The notes beneath the pieces were generated by a model, which was not told the origin of the DNA, did no database searches, and was given only the letters and a program-made list of their open reading frames with translations. Below are positions 17,714 through 25,514 of a stretch of DNA of 64,000 nt, piece by piece. Within the stretch, counting starts at the first letter, position 1; each line of letters begins with the position of its first letter. The translations under genes and the position numbers were made by a program. Origin of the DNA: Escherichia coli (GTDB taxonomy: Bacteria; Pseudomonadota; Gammaproteobacteria; Enterobacterales; Enterobacteriaceae); NCBI RefSeq assembly GCF_050920415.1, contig NZ_CP169309.1, one strand, 5' to 3'.

Positions 17714-18069
17714 GATTTATCCCCGTAAATTTTGAATAATTCCCGTGCTTCCTGATCTTCGAATAACTTCATATGCAGATCATGCAGGCGTCGCATTGTG
17801 CGGAAGCGTGGTCTGAATTCTTGACCCCTTTTAATGTATTTATCGCCAATTGAATAAATATGACCGTATGAATACCATCTATTACCGACCCAAATTAGAT
17901 AAATTTCACCCTCATAATTAAATTTGATTGTAAGCTCGTCAACCTCCATTATTAATCCTTTATCGAGTATATCATTTAGCATATCATCCCATTCTTTGAG
18001 GAATGGTTGTTGATAAAAACCGAAAAGAGTATTTACAGCGTGGCAAAGGTAATCAAGGATTATTTGCAT
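17704..18069 (-). CDS. hypothetical protein
   Basis: 121-aa ORF. Confidence 0.35.
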   Translation of the reverse strand: MQIILDYLCHAVNTLFGFYQQPFLKEWDDMLNDILDKGLIMEVDELTIKFNYEGEIYLIWVGNRWYSYGHIYSIGDKYIKRGQEFRPRFRTMRRLHDLHMKLFEDQEARELFKIYGDKSWS

Positions 18070-18073
18070 ATTA

Positions 18074-18289
18074 TCACCACATCATATAATAAACGTTATC
18101 GTTAGCTACTTCGTCGGCTTGTTCTTGTGTTAATAGCGGTGCGCTTTCCATAAAAGCATCAGAGTAATGCCACTCATAAACAAGCATACGCGCCCATTTG
18201 CGGCGCTGGCGCTTATTGTGTCGCAGATCATCAAAAGCCTTTAACGCTTTGTCATACGCCCTTACCAGGCGTTTACGGTTACTTTTCAT
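18074..18289 (-). CDS. hypothetical protein
   Basis: 71-aa ORF. Confidence 0.35.
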   Translation of the reverse strand: MKSNRKRLVRAYDKALKAFDDLRHNKRQRRKWARMLVYEWHYSDAFMESAPLLTQEQADEVANDNVYYMMW

Positions 18290-18299
18290 TTATTACACC

Positions 18300-18635
18300 T
18301 TAAAATCTGTATTGCCAGTAAATATCACACTTTATTGCGAATACCTTCACAGGATCAGGGCCGAATAGTGGATGTTGAATCGACTTGATTTCGTACCCCA
18401 TATAAGGCAATACGATAATCCGGTCTTTCTCATCATCAGATGGATAACCCCATTTAATGATTAATCTTGTGTACTCCCGCCCCTCAAGGCGTTTGCGCCA
18501 ATAGTCATTATAAAGCCGGTATTCCTCCACCTTCTTTCCAGCCCTGATAGCGTGGAAGTATTCTCCTTTTAAATTCAAATGCAGGTGCTTACTTGCCATT
18601 GCTATGATCCTGTAAACAGTCGTTATAGCCTTCAA
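18300..18635 (-). CDS. hypothetical protein (possible ASCH/PUA-like fold)
   Basis: 111-aa ORF; start uncertain; fold assignment is a weak impression only. Confidence 0.3.
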   Translation of the reverse strand: MKAITTVYRIIAMASKHLHLNLKGEYFHAIRAGKKVEEYRLYNDYWRKRLEGREYTRLIIKWGYPSDDEKDRIIVLPYMGYEIKSIQHPLFGPDPVKVFAIKCDIYWQYRF

Positions 18636-18870
18636 TGTATCCGGTTAATCCGGTGTTACTCACTGACCATTCAGCCGTCCGGCGCTTGATGGCTTCGTCC
18701 ATCGTGATTTCGCCACCTGGCCCGCCTGGCTCAATATATTTTTTTAAATCTCTTGCTATCCACGCCCTTAATTGTTGTGTATCACGGCACAACCTCGCGG
18801 ATAATGTCAGGTCATTAACCAGCTTTGCAAATAGATGTTCTTTTAATTTAGGCTTCATCATCGTCACCAC
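18589..18870 (-). CDS. hypothetical protein
   Basis: 93-aa ORF, start uncertain. Confidence 0.3.
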   Translation of the reverse strand: MVTMMKPKLKEHLFAKLVNDLTLSARLCRDTQQLRAWIARDLKKYIEPGGPGGEITMDEAIKRRTAEWSVSNTGLTGYIEGYNDCLQDHSNGK

Positions 18871-19048
18871 GCTTGTAAATTTTCACAGGCTTAATAGGGA
18901 TGGCGGGTAATTCACCTTCATTTAACGCGCTTGCCATACCCAATATTAAACGCGCTTCAGCACCAGTGACTTTTTTGCACCATGCGCCGCCTGTTTTATC
19001 TTCGAATAAGATAACGGCAAACTGATCGTTTATTTCCAGCTTATCCAT
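18848..19048 (-). CDS. hypothetical protein
   Basis: 66-aa ORF whose ATG overlaps the Q-like stop codon (TAATG). Confidence 0.35.
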   Translation of the reverse strand: MDKLEINDQFAVILFEDKTGGAWCKKVTGAEARLILGMASALNEGELPAIPIKPVKIYKRGDDDEA

Positions 19049-19770
19049 TATTCACCCCGTGTTACTCGTTTAATCTCACTTTCCGCGCGGGCCTCTTCTT
19101 TGAATAGCTCAGCTATGGCGTCTTCATAGAAAACCCGGTATTTTTTCCACCATGTTGATCGGCTTACCGGAAAGACAAGCTGGTTAACCGCCTGCCGGAC
19201 AAGATCTACCGGGAAACGCGAGTACCCGCGCCCGCCGCAGTGTTGGCACGTTTTGAATACTGGCATTTCCGCCGCTTCGCTGGCTGCTTTATCCGGTATC
19301 TCGCCGCGACCTTTGCATTGTTTACAATGATTGCGAACCTTTCCATGCCCCTTGCATTTTTTGCAAAGGTGTTTTTCTCCGTAGTCGTCAAACGTAAATT
19401 TATATCCGCCGCACTCCATACAAGTTTTTTCCGTCGCGGCGCTTTGGCAATAATCCCGAAACGCGAAAACGGCAACAAGAATAATAAGATCATTGCGTTG
19501 TTCTTCATTTAATTCCATCACGTATTCGTAATCTTTCGCCATAGCTCTTAAACGCTCTGTAAGTAATACTACGGCCCTGTGTTTTTCGGCTTGCGATAGT
19601 TCCATCTTCCCTAAAAAAGCGCTATATCCAAGCTCTACGCGCGATTGCGCCATACCAGCGGCGGTAAGCGCATCCGTCGTATTAAGTGCATCAGGTGATG
19701 TTCCCCGGCTTTCGTCTGATAATCGCGGTGATTTTGGGAAGTGGAATTTAAGAATGGATTCTAAATTCAT
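19048..19770 (-). CDS. antitermination protein Q-like
   Basis: 240 aa, cysteine-rich zinc-binding region (CMECGG...CKKCKGHGK...CKQCKGRG...CQHCGGRG), position after ninG/rusA as in lambdoid phages. Confidence 0.55.
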   Translation of the reverse strand: MNLESILKFHFPKSPRLSDESRGTSPDALNTTDALTAAGMAQSRVELGYSAFLGKMELSQAEKHRAVVLLTERLRAMAKDYEYVMELNEEQRNDLIILVAVFAFRDYCQSAATEKTCMECGGYKFTFDDYGEKHLCKKCKGHGKVRNHCKQCKGRGEIPDKAASEAAEMPVFKTCQHCGGRGYSRFPVDLVRQAVNQLVFPVSRSTWWKKYRVFYEDAIAELFKEEARAESEIKRVTRGE

Positions 19771-19952
19771 TATTTGCCCTCATAACGTGCCGCCAGCCGT
19801 TTACGATCAGAAATGGATTGCACCAGCTTTCTTTCAAACTCTTTCAGCGCAAGTAATTCGCGCATGTGGAAAGCCTGGATTTGTCTGACCGTCTCTAAAT
19901 CACGCTCGTCGCGCTGAATATCTATTTGCAGATCTTTAACTTCGTTTTTCAT
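19770..19952 (-). CDS. small hypothetical protein
   Basis: 60 aa, charged helical; coupled between rusA and the Q-like gene. Confidence 0.35.
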   Translation of the reverse strand: MKNEVKDLQIDIQRDERDLETVRQIQAFHMRELLALKEFERKLVQSISDRKRLAARYEGK

Positions 19953-20356
19953 TGCTCACCCCACATATTCGTCGCGTATTCGTCAATATCCGGTAGCAGG
20001 TCGCCGCGTTCGCGTACCTTGATAAACAATCGCCCGCCTTTTACCTTCCGGCAGCGTACAATTTTTATTGAGTCGATTTGTCCGTCGTCAGTCCAGAATC
20101 CGGCGTAAGTAAGGCTATCAAAAAGGCATTTGGGGATATTATCCAGATCTCTGATCCGGTTATCCGGCGGCGCGGCATAAATGGCGATTGCCAGTCGGCA
20201 AGATAGGTTAATGTCTAAATTTAATAATTCGATGATGTCTTTTACTTGCTCCCGGTATTCCTTCCCCACTTTGCTGATATAGTGAAAACCGCGCGAATGT
20301 CGGTAATAGCGGTTATTCGATGGCGGGTAAGGCAGGCTAAAAGTATATTCATTCAT
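19949..20356 (-). CDS. rusA: Holliday junction resolvase RusA
   Basis: 135 aa; N-terminal LPYPPSNNRYYRH and downstream RDLDN match the RusA family. Confidence 0.75.
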   Translation of the reverse strand: MNEYTFSLPYPPSNNRYYRHSRGFHYISKVGKEYREQVKDIIELLNLDINLSCRLAIAIYAAPPDNRIRDLDNIPKCLFDSLTYAGFWTDDGQIDSIKIVRCRKVKGGRLFIKVRERGDLLPDIDEYATNMWGEQ

Positions 20357-20958
20357 GCCGCCTTTCTCCTTAAGGCGTCCAATTTTGCCTGATAGATGTT
20401 TATTAGCTCCTTACATTCTGCGATCGTCCATTTGTGCGTATCGTTGTTGTTCTCCAGTGCTACCACCCTGGCGAGGCCAATTTTTCGAATCAGCGCCGGG
20501 CGATACCCTCCGATGTTGCCGTCTAGTGTCTGGTTGCAGTGCCTGCATTGCTTGTGACAATTATCCTCGTTGAAGCGAAGGTGTCCGGCGGCGGCTACCG
20601 TCCTGTAATGGCCTGCATCCCACCCGCATTGCTCACCGTAGTAAGTCCCGCATGATATGCACGGCAATCGCGCGTCACGCTCGCGTATATAAGCGTTAAA
20701 AACGTTTTGCGCCTGTTTAATCCAGTAGCTACGCGGATTTAACTGCTTCCGCTTCCGGTTGCGTTCTTCCCGCTGGCTATCACGGCGTTTCTTCCGTTCC
20801 ATAGCCTTCATAGCCTTCTCACGGTCGCGGCATAGCTGATCAAACTTCAGTTCTTCCAGACATTCATCGCTGCACCACGTTTGATTGTGATATTTAGGCT
20901 CAAAAAAAACGCCGCAGCATTTGCAACGGCGTCTTATGGGTTTTTTAGGGTTCTGCAT
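20353..20958 (-). CDS. ninG: NinG (Rap) recombination protein
   Basis: RSYWIKQAQ...AYIRERD...PCISCG...WDAGHYRT...LRFNE...HKQC closely matches lambda NinG; start at MQNPKK with a GGGGTGG SD. Confidence 0.75.
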   Translation of the reverse strand: MQNPKKPIRRRCKCCGVFFEPKYHNQTWCSDECLEELKFDQLCRDREKAMKAMERKKRRDSQREERNRKRKQLNPRSYWIKQAQNVFNAYIRERDARLPCISCGTYYGEQCGWDAGHYRTVAAAGHLRFNEDNCHKQCRHCNQTLDGNIGGYRPALIRKIGLARVVALENNNDTHKWTIAECKELINIYQAKLDALRRKAA

Positions 20959-20972
20959 AAAAACCACCCCTA

Positions 20973-21149
20973 TTATTTTTGATTCTCTGTTTCGTTCAGC
21001 CTTTCGGCGTGTCCGGCCCTTAGCCGATGATCTAAGCATTCGTTGCACTCGTTACGGCCTCCTTTCTTCGTGCTGCATACATTGCACATTGCACGCATGA
21101 CGCTCTCTCGTTCATAGTCGTCATGCCATTGGTAATCATCAAAAGACAT
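20973..21149 (-). CDS. ninF: NinF-like small zinc-ribbon protein (58 aa, absent from the ORF track)
   Basis: AAGGAGAG SD; ESV(M/E)RA..C..C motifs and length equal to lambda NinF; directly upstream of ninG. Confidence 0.5.
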   Translation of the reverse strand: MSFDDYQWHDDYERESVMRAMCNVCSTKKGGRNECNECLDHRLRAGHAERLNETENQK

Positions 21150-21270
21150 AATGCTCTCTCCTTTTCAGGTGATTTCTACGCATTTCAGCGCTGCCGGATT
21201 TTTAAAGAGCATTTCGTTTGCTTGAAGTATACAAAATGGATGCACCTGAACAAGGCAAAAAGCGCCATTA

Positions 21271-21286
21271 TGTGACCAAAATCACA
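21271..21286. promoter_or_regulatory. CRP-like palindrome TGTGA-N6-TCACA
   Basis: TGTGACCAAAATCACA in the intergenic region upstream of ninF, 8 bp from a GCCATTTTGTAAACTTT element. Confidence 0.4.
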
Positions 21287-21308
21287 CAATGACGCCATTT
21301 TGTAAACT

Positions 21309-22067
21309 TTAGTCCGGTAAAACGCGGTTAAGCGTAGTCCGCGTGATGGCCCGGTCGTTAGCCAGGAATACAGCACGGGCGAAGCCGCGCGGCGTTAGTG
21401 ACCGGATCATCTTTGTTCGCTTTGCCCGGCCTCCGGTTTTCGCCCACCCAGGGTTATCACCAGAGTTAAGATCTACAGGTCTAAAAATCGGCTGTTTAAA
21501 TCCGTTGCCGCACCAGATGCAAGTTTTCTTCGTGTACGCGTCGCGCGCCGGGTAAACATCCGGGAAAGCAGGATGCTTGTCATCTTCCGGCAGATAGCCA
21601 CCGTAAGCGCACGGATTGAAGATAAAATCTGGTTTACGCCATAACGTTGACAGTGCTCCTACCGGATTTTCCACCATCCACGGGACGTTATACATGTCAG
21701 CCAGTGTTTCGACCAGTTTCGCGTTATATGCCGCCTTCACCTGGAAGTCAGGATCTTTTTCACGCTTGCTGGAGAACCAACGAGCGCCGGACACGGCGAG
21801 ATCGTCGCATGGTGGGAAGGCAAAAATAATGTCAGGATCTGGATAAACAGACAATTCAGGGGAGAATATTACCAGGAAATGGCTATCAATCCAGACATTG
21901 ACATATTCAATATTGGGATGAATTACTTTTACTCCGTCATAATCCCCGTGATTAGCGCCGTCATAGTTGAAGCAATAGCACTTATATCCAGCTTCAGCCC
22001 AATCTTTAACGGCGTACCCGCTGCCATCGTAAAGCGACCATACCACCCAATTTTTAAGACTGCTCAT
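21309..22067 (-). CDS. DNA cytosine-5 methyltransferase-like protein (compact, PCD variant)
   Basis: 252 aa with motif I-like LYDGSG, motif IV-like FPPCDDLAVSG (D where C5-MTases have Q), motif VI-like ENPVG. Confidence 0.45.
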   Translation of the reverse strand: MSSLKNWVVWSLYDGSGYAVKDWAEAGYKCYCFNYDGANHGDYDGVKVIHPNIEYVNVWIDSHFLVIFSPELSVYPDPDIIFAFPPCDDLAVSGARWFSSKREKDPDFQVKAAYNAKLVETLADMYNVPWMVENPVGALSTLWRKPDFIFNPCAYGGYLPEDDKHPAFPDVYPARDAYTKKTCIWCGNGFKQPIFRPVDLNSGDNPGWAKTGGRAKRTKMIRSLTPRGFARAVFLANDRAITRTTLNRVLPD

Positions 22068-22573
22068 CTTCTACCCTCAAACGTAAAATAGCGGCGCATG
22101 ATGATAGTAATCACCGTTACCGCTGCCATTTTTGAGATGAATTGCATAGCTGATATTTCAGGCATGAATGCCATAAACGATAGCGTAGGAAAAATTAACG
22201 CATCGCCAATGGCGGACGCTATATTTGCAGGCCAGCGTTTTGAATCGAAATCACCAGGTAAAACCCGGTAAACGCCGCCAGAAATAAGCGCACCGGAAAC
22301 AACCGCGACGAATGACGCGATCGCCACCATCCCGGCGTCGTAATTTATCAGCACCGTGATTGCGCCAGCGGCGGCGCATGTTGTAGCCGACCATTTCAGG
22401 CCGCCGTCATATAACAAGAAGTCACGAATCATCATATTGACGCACACAGCGGCTACCGTGGTGATCGGAATTACCCACGGGCCGCAATGGTTAACAATAA
22501 GATTAATGATCACGAAAACGGCGACATAAACGCAGGCTAATAACCTGTCAATTGTCACCTTTTCCATTTGGAT
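22064..22573 (-). CDS. integral membrane protein (4-5 predicted TM helices)
   Basis: Hydrophobic ORF between the two methyltransferase-like genes; start uncertain. Confidence 0.4.
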   Translation of the reverse strand: MQMEKVTIDRLLACVYVAVFVIINLIVNHCGPWVIPITTVAAVCVNMMIRDFLLYDGGLKWSATTCAAAGAITVLINYDAGMVAIASFVAVVSGALISGGVYRVLPGDFDSKRWPANIASAIGDALIFPTLSFMAFMPEISAMQFISKMAAVTVITIIMRRYFTFEGRR

Positions 22574-23060
22574 CATACCTCTTATCGCGAATAGCTTCTG
22601 ATCTATCAAACTTCACATTAAGCCGATTAGTGGCCTCACCGTTAAACATCACAGTATGGATTGTTTTTCCTGGAATAAGCGACGGATCCGGCCCTGATAA
22701 ATCATCGTAAAGTTTTATCCCTCCGCCAATTGGGAGATCAAAAACAGCTTGTTTCTTCCTTTGTTCTTCCTCACGCTCCGTTAATATTTGTTCAGCTTTT
22801 AGTGCGCTGTAGCTAATCAAATCGATTAACGTATCAGTAGGGTCGCTTCCATTGCTTAAAATGGCCTCTAATCGCGCTTCCTTAAGGCAAATCATTAGAT
22901 CCCATACATCAAGCGGGGTTAAATCTGCTCCCTTCTTAGCGTTGTAAATAGCGGCTATTTTTGGCGCTGATTTTTCCTCTTTTTTGTCGTAGCCGTTTTG
23001 TTTGCCTCTTTGCTCTATTGTTTCCGCTGCAAGTCTTAACAAGTCTGTTGCCTTAGTCAT
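22548..23060 (-). CDS. hypothetical protein
   Basis: Start at MTKATDLL with an AGAGGTG SD; about 170 aa. Confidence 0.35.
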   Translation of the reverse strand: MTKATDLLRLAAETIEQRGKQNGYDKKEEKSAPKIAAIYNAKKGADLTPLDVWDLMICLKEARLEAILSNGSDPTDTLIDLISYSALKAEQILTEREEEQRKKQAVFDLPIGGGIKLYDDLSGPDPSLIPGKTIHTVMFNGEATNRLNVKFDRSEAIRDKRYDPNGKGDN

Positions 23061-23592
23061 TATTCGCACCTCTTGCATATAGCTCTTTACGTGTTATCTG
23101 CGTGAAAATACATTCATGTCTGCACCGTGGATGCCAGATTAAAAACAAGCTCCCCTTATTATTCCCGCTCGCTGGCTTACCAGTAGCGGCATTAATAAAC
23201 GCCAGCCGCCCGCGCGTAATTAATCGGCATTCGTTTGCCGTCTCCACGCCGTTCATAAACCAGCCAACAGAAATGTCGGCTGGCAATAACATTACGCATC
23301 CGATATGGTTTCGGTTGTGTTCAAGCGCCGCTTTATCAACGAATGGCCCCGGATTAGAATATGGTGGATTAAGCCAGACATACTCACCAGGCATTGCCAC
23401 CGCTCCCCACGGATAATGCAACGTGTCCATTTCTTCGGTTATATATCGCGGAACTAATGCGTTTGCTTTGTTTGCCGCCACGTCCGCGACGAATTCGAAT
23501 TCCCGATCCATTCCTCTAAAAACTGGTTTTGGCGTTTGCCATAAGTCTTTTATTTCTTTCGGCGTATGGCTGCCGCCGTAATCATTTTTCAT
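23053..23592 (-). CDS. DNA N6-adenine methyltransferase (phage Dam-like orphan MTase)
   Basis: 179 aa with the catalytic NPPY motif (WLNPPYS) and Dam-family size. Confidence 0.6.
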   Translation of the reverse strand: MKNDYGGSHTPKEIKDLWQTPKPVFRGMDREFEFVADVAANKANALVPRYITEEMDTLHYPWGAVAMPGEYVWLNPPYSNPGPFVDKAALEHNRNHIGCVMLLPADISVGWFMNGVETANECRLITRGRLAFINAATGKPASGNNKGSLFLIWHPRCRHECIFTQITRKELYARGANND

Positions 23593-23601
23593 TACGCCCC
23601 C

Positions 23602-23835
23602 TTAGAAATAATCCTGATCTGTTCCCCAGCGGTTATTCAGATACCCCACCAACCACACAAAACGCTCAATACTGATTAGCGGGGCGACCTTGCGATAATG
23701 CTTGTCGAGTATCAGCCGCGTGGCTTTATCGCTGTAGCCGTTCTTTTCTACCTCCGCTTTGCAGGCCGAAAGCGCGGCGCGTGCGGCAGTCTTTACGGCG
23801 TTAAATTGCGGCTCAGACATATTAAATAAAGCCAT
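23602..23835 (-). CDS. hypothetical protein
   Basis: ORF in the array; start codon uncertain. Confidence 0.3.
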   Translation of the reverse strand: MALFNMSEPQFNAVKTAARAALSACKAEVEKNGYSDKATRLILDKHYRKVAPLISIERFVWLVGYLNNRWGTDQDYF

Positions 23836-23839
23836 AGGA

Positions 23840-24091
23840 TCACCATGTATCATCCCAATCCGGCGCGGCAGTCCAGCAAAAACCAATGAATGCGCTCACA
23901 GCCAATAAAGCGCGGGCTGCAAAAAGAATATTCCCAATGTCGTTAAATTCAGGCAGCGACCACGTAATAAACATAGCCCCAAGCATGACAACACCGATAA
24001 CAGTCAGGGCCGCAAGGAAAACAAAAAGCGTAGCCAAAAGCCACGCCCCCAACCAGTTAAAAAAGCTCTTAAGCATTTTAAACGTCCTCAA
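23840..24091 (-). CDS. small membrane protein
   Basis: 83 aa, two to three hydrophobic helices. Confidence 0.4.
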   Translation of the reverse strand: MRTFKMLKSFFNWLGAWLLATLFVFLAALTVIGVVMLGAMFITWSLPEFNDIGNILFAARALLAVSAFIGFCWTAAPDWDDTW

Positions 24092-24281
24092 TTACCCCGC
24101 CTTTCACGCGTTCTTTAATATCCCATACGTGAGGCTTGCATATTTCTTGATAATAGCGATCCGGCCTGCTGCCGAAATACCATTTACCATCCATATAAAA
24201 ATAAACGCCAGAAAAATTACCAGGTGCGGCCTTTGTTGCTGATTCTGGAATTTTCCATTCTCTGTAATTTTTAAATCGCAT
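24078..24281 (-). CDS. hypothetical protein, paralog of the adjacent gene
   Basis: 67 aa; G(N/G)FSG(V/C)Y(F/Y)Y motif shared with 24271-24465. Confidence 0.35.
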   Translation of the reverse strand: MRFKNYREWKIPESATKAAPGNFSGVYFYMDGKWYFGSRPDRYYQEICKPHVWDIKERVKGGVIEDV

Positions 24282-24465
24282 GTAATGACACCTCCCTGAT
24301 AAGTTTGCTTAACTCAATGTTTATTAATCTGCGGAAATGTTGCTTTCCATCAGCAAAGTGCACCAAGTAAATATCACCAACAATGTTATAGTAGTAACAG
24401 CCGCTAAAACCAATTCCTGCCAATTTAGCGTTATCAGGCAACGTATAACCGCCAACATTTTTCAT
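24271..24465 (-). CDS. hypothetical protein, paralog of the adjacent gene
   Basis: 64 aa; GAGGTGA SD. Confidence 0.35.
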   Translation of the reverse strand: MKNVGGYTLPDNAKLAGIGFSGCYYYNIVGDIYLVHFADGKQHFRRLINIELSKLIREVSLHAI

Positions 24466-24468
24466 ATA

Positions 24469-24561
24469 TCACCTCATATGGTATTCAATAAACCACCTGA
24501 TAAACAGGCATAAGGCAATAAAACCCCAGCAACAGCACATATAAAACAATGTGTCGTCCAT
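24469..24561 (-). CDS. small hydrophobic peptide (30 aa, MDDTLFYMCCCWGFIALCLFIRWFIEYHMR)
   Basis: ATG 3 nt after the upstream stop; TGAGG SD; single TM helix; not in the ORF track. Confidence 0.35.
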   Translation of the reverse strand: MDDTLFYMCCCWGFIALCLFIRWFIEYHMR

Positions 24562-24563
24562 AA

Positions 24564-24782
24564 TTAAGCCTCAATAACACCGTAATCAAACGTGCCTAAA
24601 TACCGTTCGATACTTACAACCTCAATACCATCAATGCACCGTTTCCACACAGACACCTGGCTTTCATTTTCTCTGAAGTGCATATTAGAAAGCACTTCAT
24701 CGGCTGGATAGCCTTTCCCAGCGGCGTAGGCATCGTGACCTACGCCACCTTCTACGCAATAAAGCATGAATTCGCGTTCCAT
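24564..24782 (-). CDS. hypothetical protein
   Basis: 72 aa; GGAGG SD. Confidence 0.4.
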   Translation of the reverse strand: MEREFMLYCVEGGVGHDAYAAGKGYPADEVLSNMHFRENESQVSVWKRCIDGIEVVSIERYLGTFDYGVIEA

Positions 24783-24863
24783 TTTTGCTTCCTCCGCACC
24801 GTAAACCTTTTGATTTCGGATTACAAAACGGATATGCGATTACAATACATAATGTATATTCAT

Positions 24864-24879
24864 GTGATCGGAATCACTC
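24864..24879. promoter_or_regulatory. CRP-like palindrome TGTGA-N6-TCACT
   Basis: TGTGATCGGAATCACT in the intergenic region upstream of gene 24564-24782, flanked by an ATACAT-A-ATGTAT palindrome. Confidence 0.35.
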
Positions 24880-24881
24880 GG

Positions 24882-25501
24882 TTAATGCAGTACACGTTTT
24901 CCCTGTTCAGGCATCGGCTGTGCGTTTTTCCTTGCATCGTTAAGCGTAGCGATAGCTGCCTGTACTCCCAAAACACTAGCGCGCATATCATCGCCAACAA
25001 AATTACCGTAAAGCACAGGAATAAAAGCCTTAATGTTATCTTCTTCGTGTCCTTCCTCAATAAATTTCTGCAACATCTTAACTTCAAATATTTTTTCATC
25101 ATTCCGCGAATAGAATACAAAGAAGCGCTACCCATTCTGTTTTCATCAATAGGGAAGATAACAGCACTACCAAAAGCCATAGGATCAACATCTTCAGGCA
25201 CTGGAACGCGTCCGAATTCTTCCTCCATGCGTTTTACAAAAGAAAGGCAGAATACATAACGCGCCACCGTTGTTTTTTCTTCCAGGCTTAAAGACACGTA
25301 ATCGCGGATTGACGCATCCATCATAATATCAACAATATGTAGCGCCAGGTTTAAATCACCGTCATACACGCCAGCATCCATATCTTTTAATACTTCGTGA
25401 TAATCCTTAGTTACCACTTCGTGAAAGCTCGCGTCTTCTGTGTAGCGAGTGATTAACATGCCTTCGCTGCCGAGTGAATAAGCTGTTTTGATGTTGTTCA
25501 T
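24882..25501 (-). CDS. hypothetical protein with an apparent -1 frameshift at an A6 run (programmed shift or pseudogene)
   Basis: N-terminal ~135 aa in one frame; a protein-like C-terminal 64-aa ORF in the -1 frame ends just before the intergenic region; frames join near A6 at 25091-25096. Confidence 0.35.
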
Positions 25502-25514
25502 GATATTTATCCTT

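Noticed and set aside
20959-21048. N-terminal extension of the NinG ORF (231-aa version in the ORF track)
   Set aside because: The extension overlaps the NinF-like gene in another frame and lacks an SD; the MQNPKK start at 20958 has a GGGGTGG SD and aligns with the lambda NinG N-terminus.
21185-21376. 63-aa minus-strand ORF over the ninF upstream intergenic region
   Set aside because: Overlaps the 3' end of the MTase-like gene and the regulatory motifs; no SD and implausible sequence.
22064-22573. Assignment of the membrane protein as a YhhQ-type queuosine-precursor transporter, implying 7-deazaguanine DNA modification
   Set aside because: Only vague compositional similarity; the ORF is shorter than YhhQ and no other 7-deazaguanine pathway genes are visible nearby; kept as a generic membrane protein.
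24860-25076. C-terminal part of the 213-aa ORF (hydrophobic tail reading into the intergenic region)
   Set aside because: Runs through an intergenic regulatory region with a CRP-like site, while the -1 frame encodes a protein-like 64-aa segment ending before it; treated as frameshift read-through rather than a real membrane anchor.
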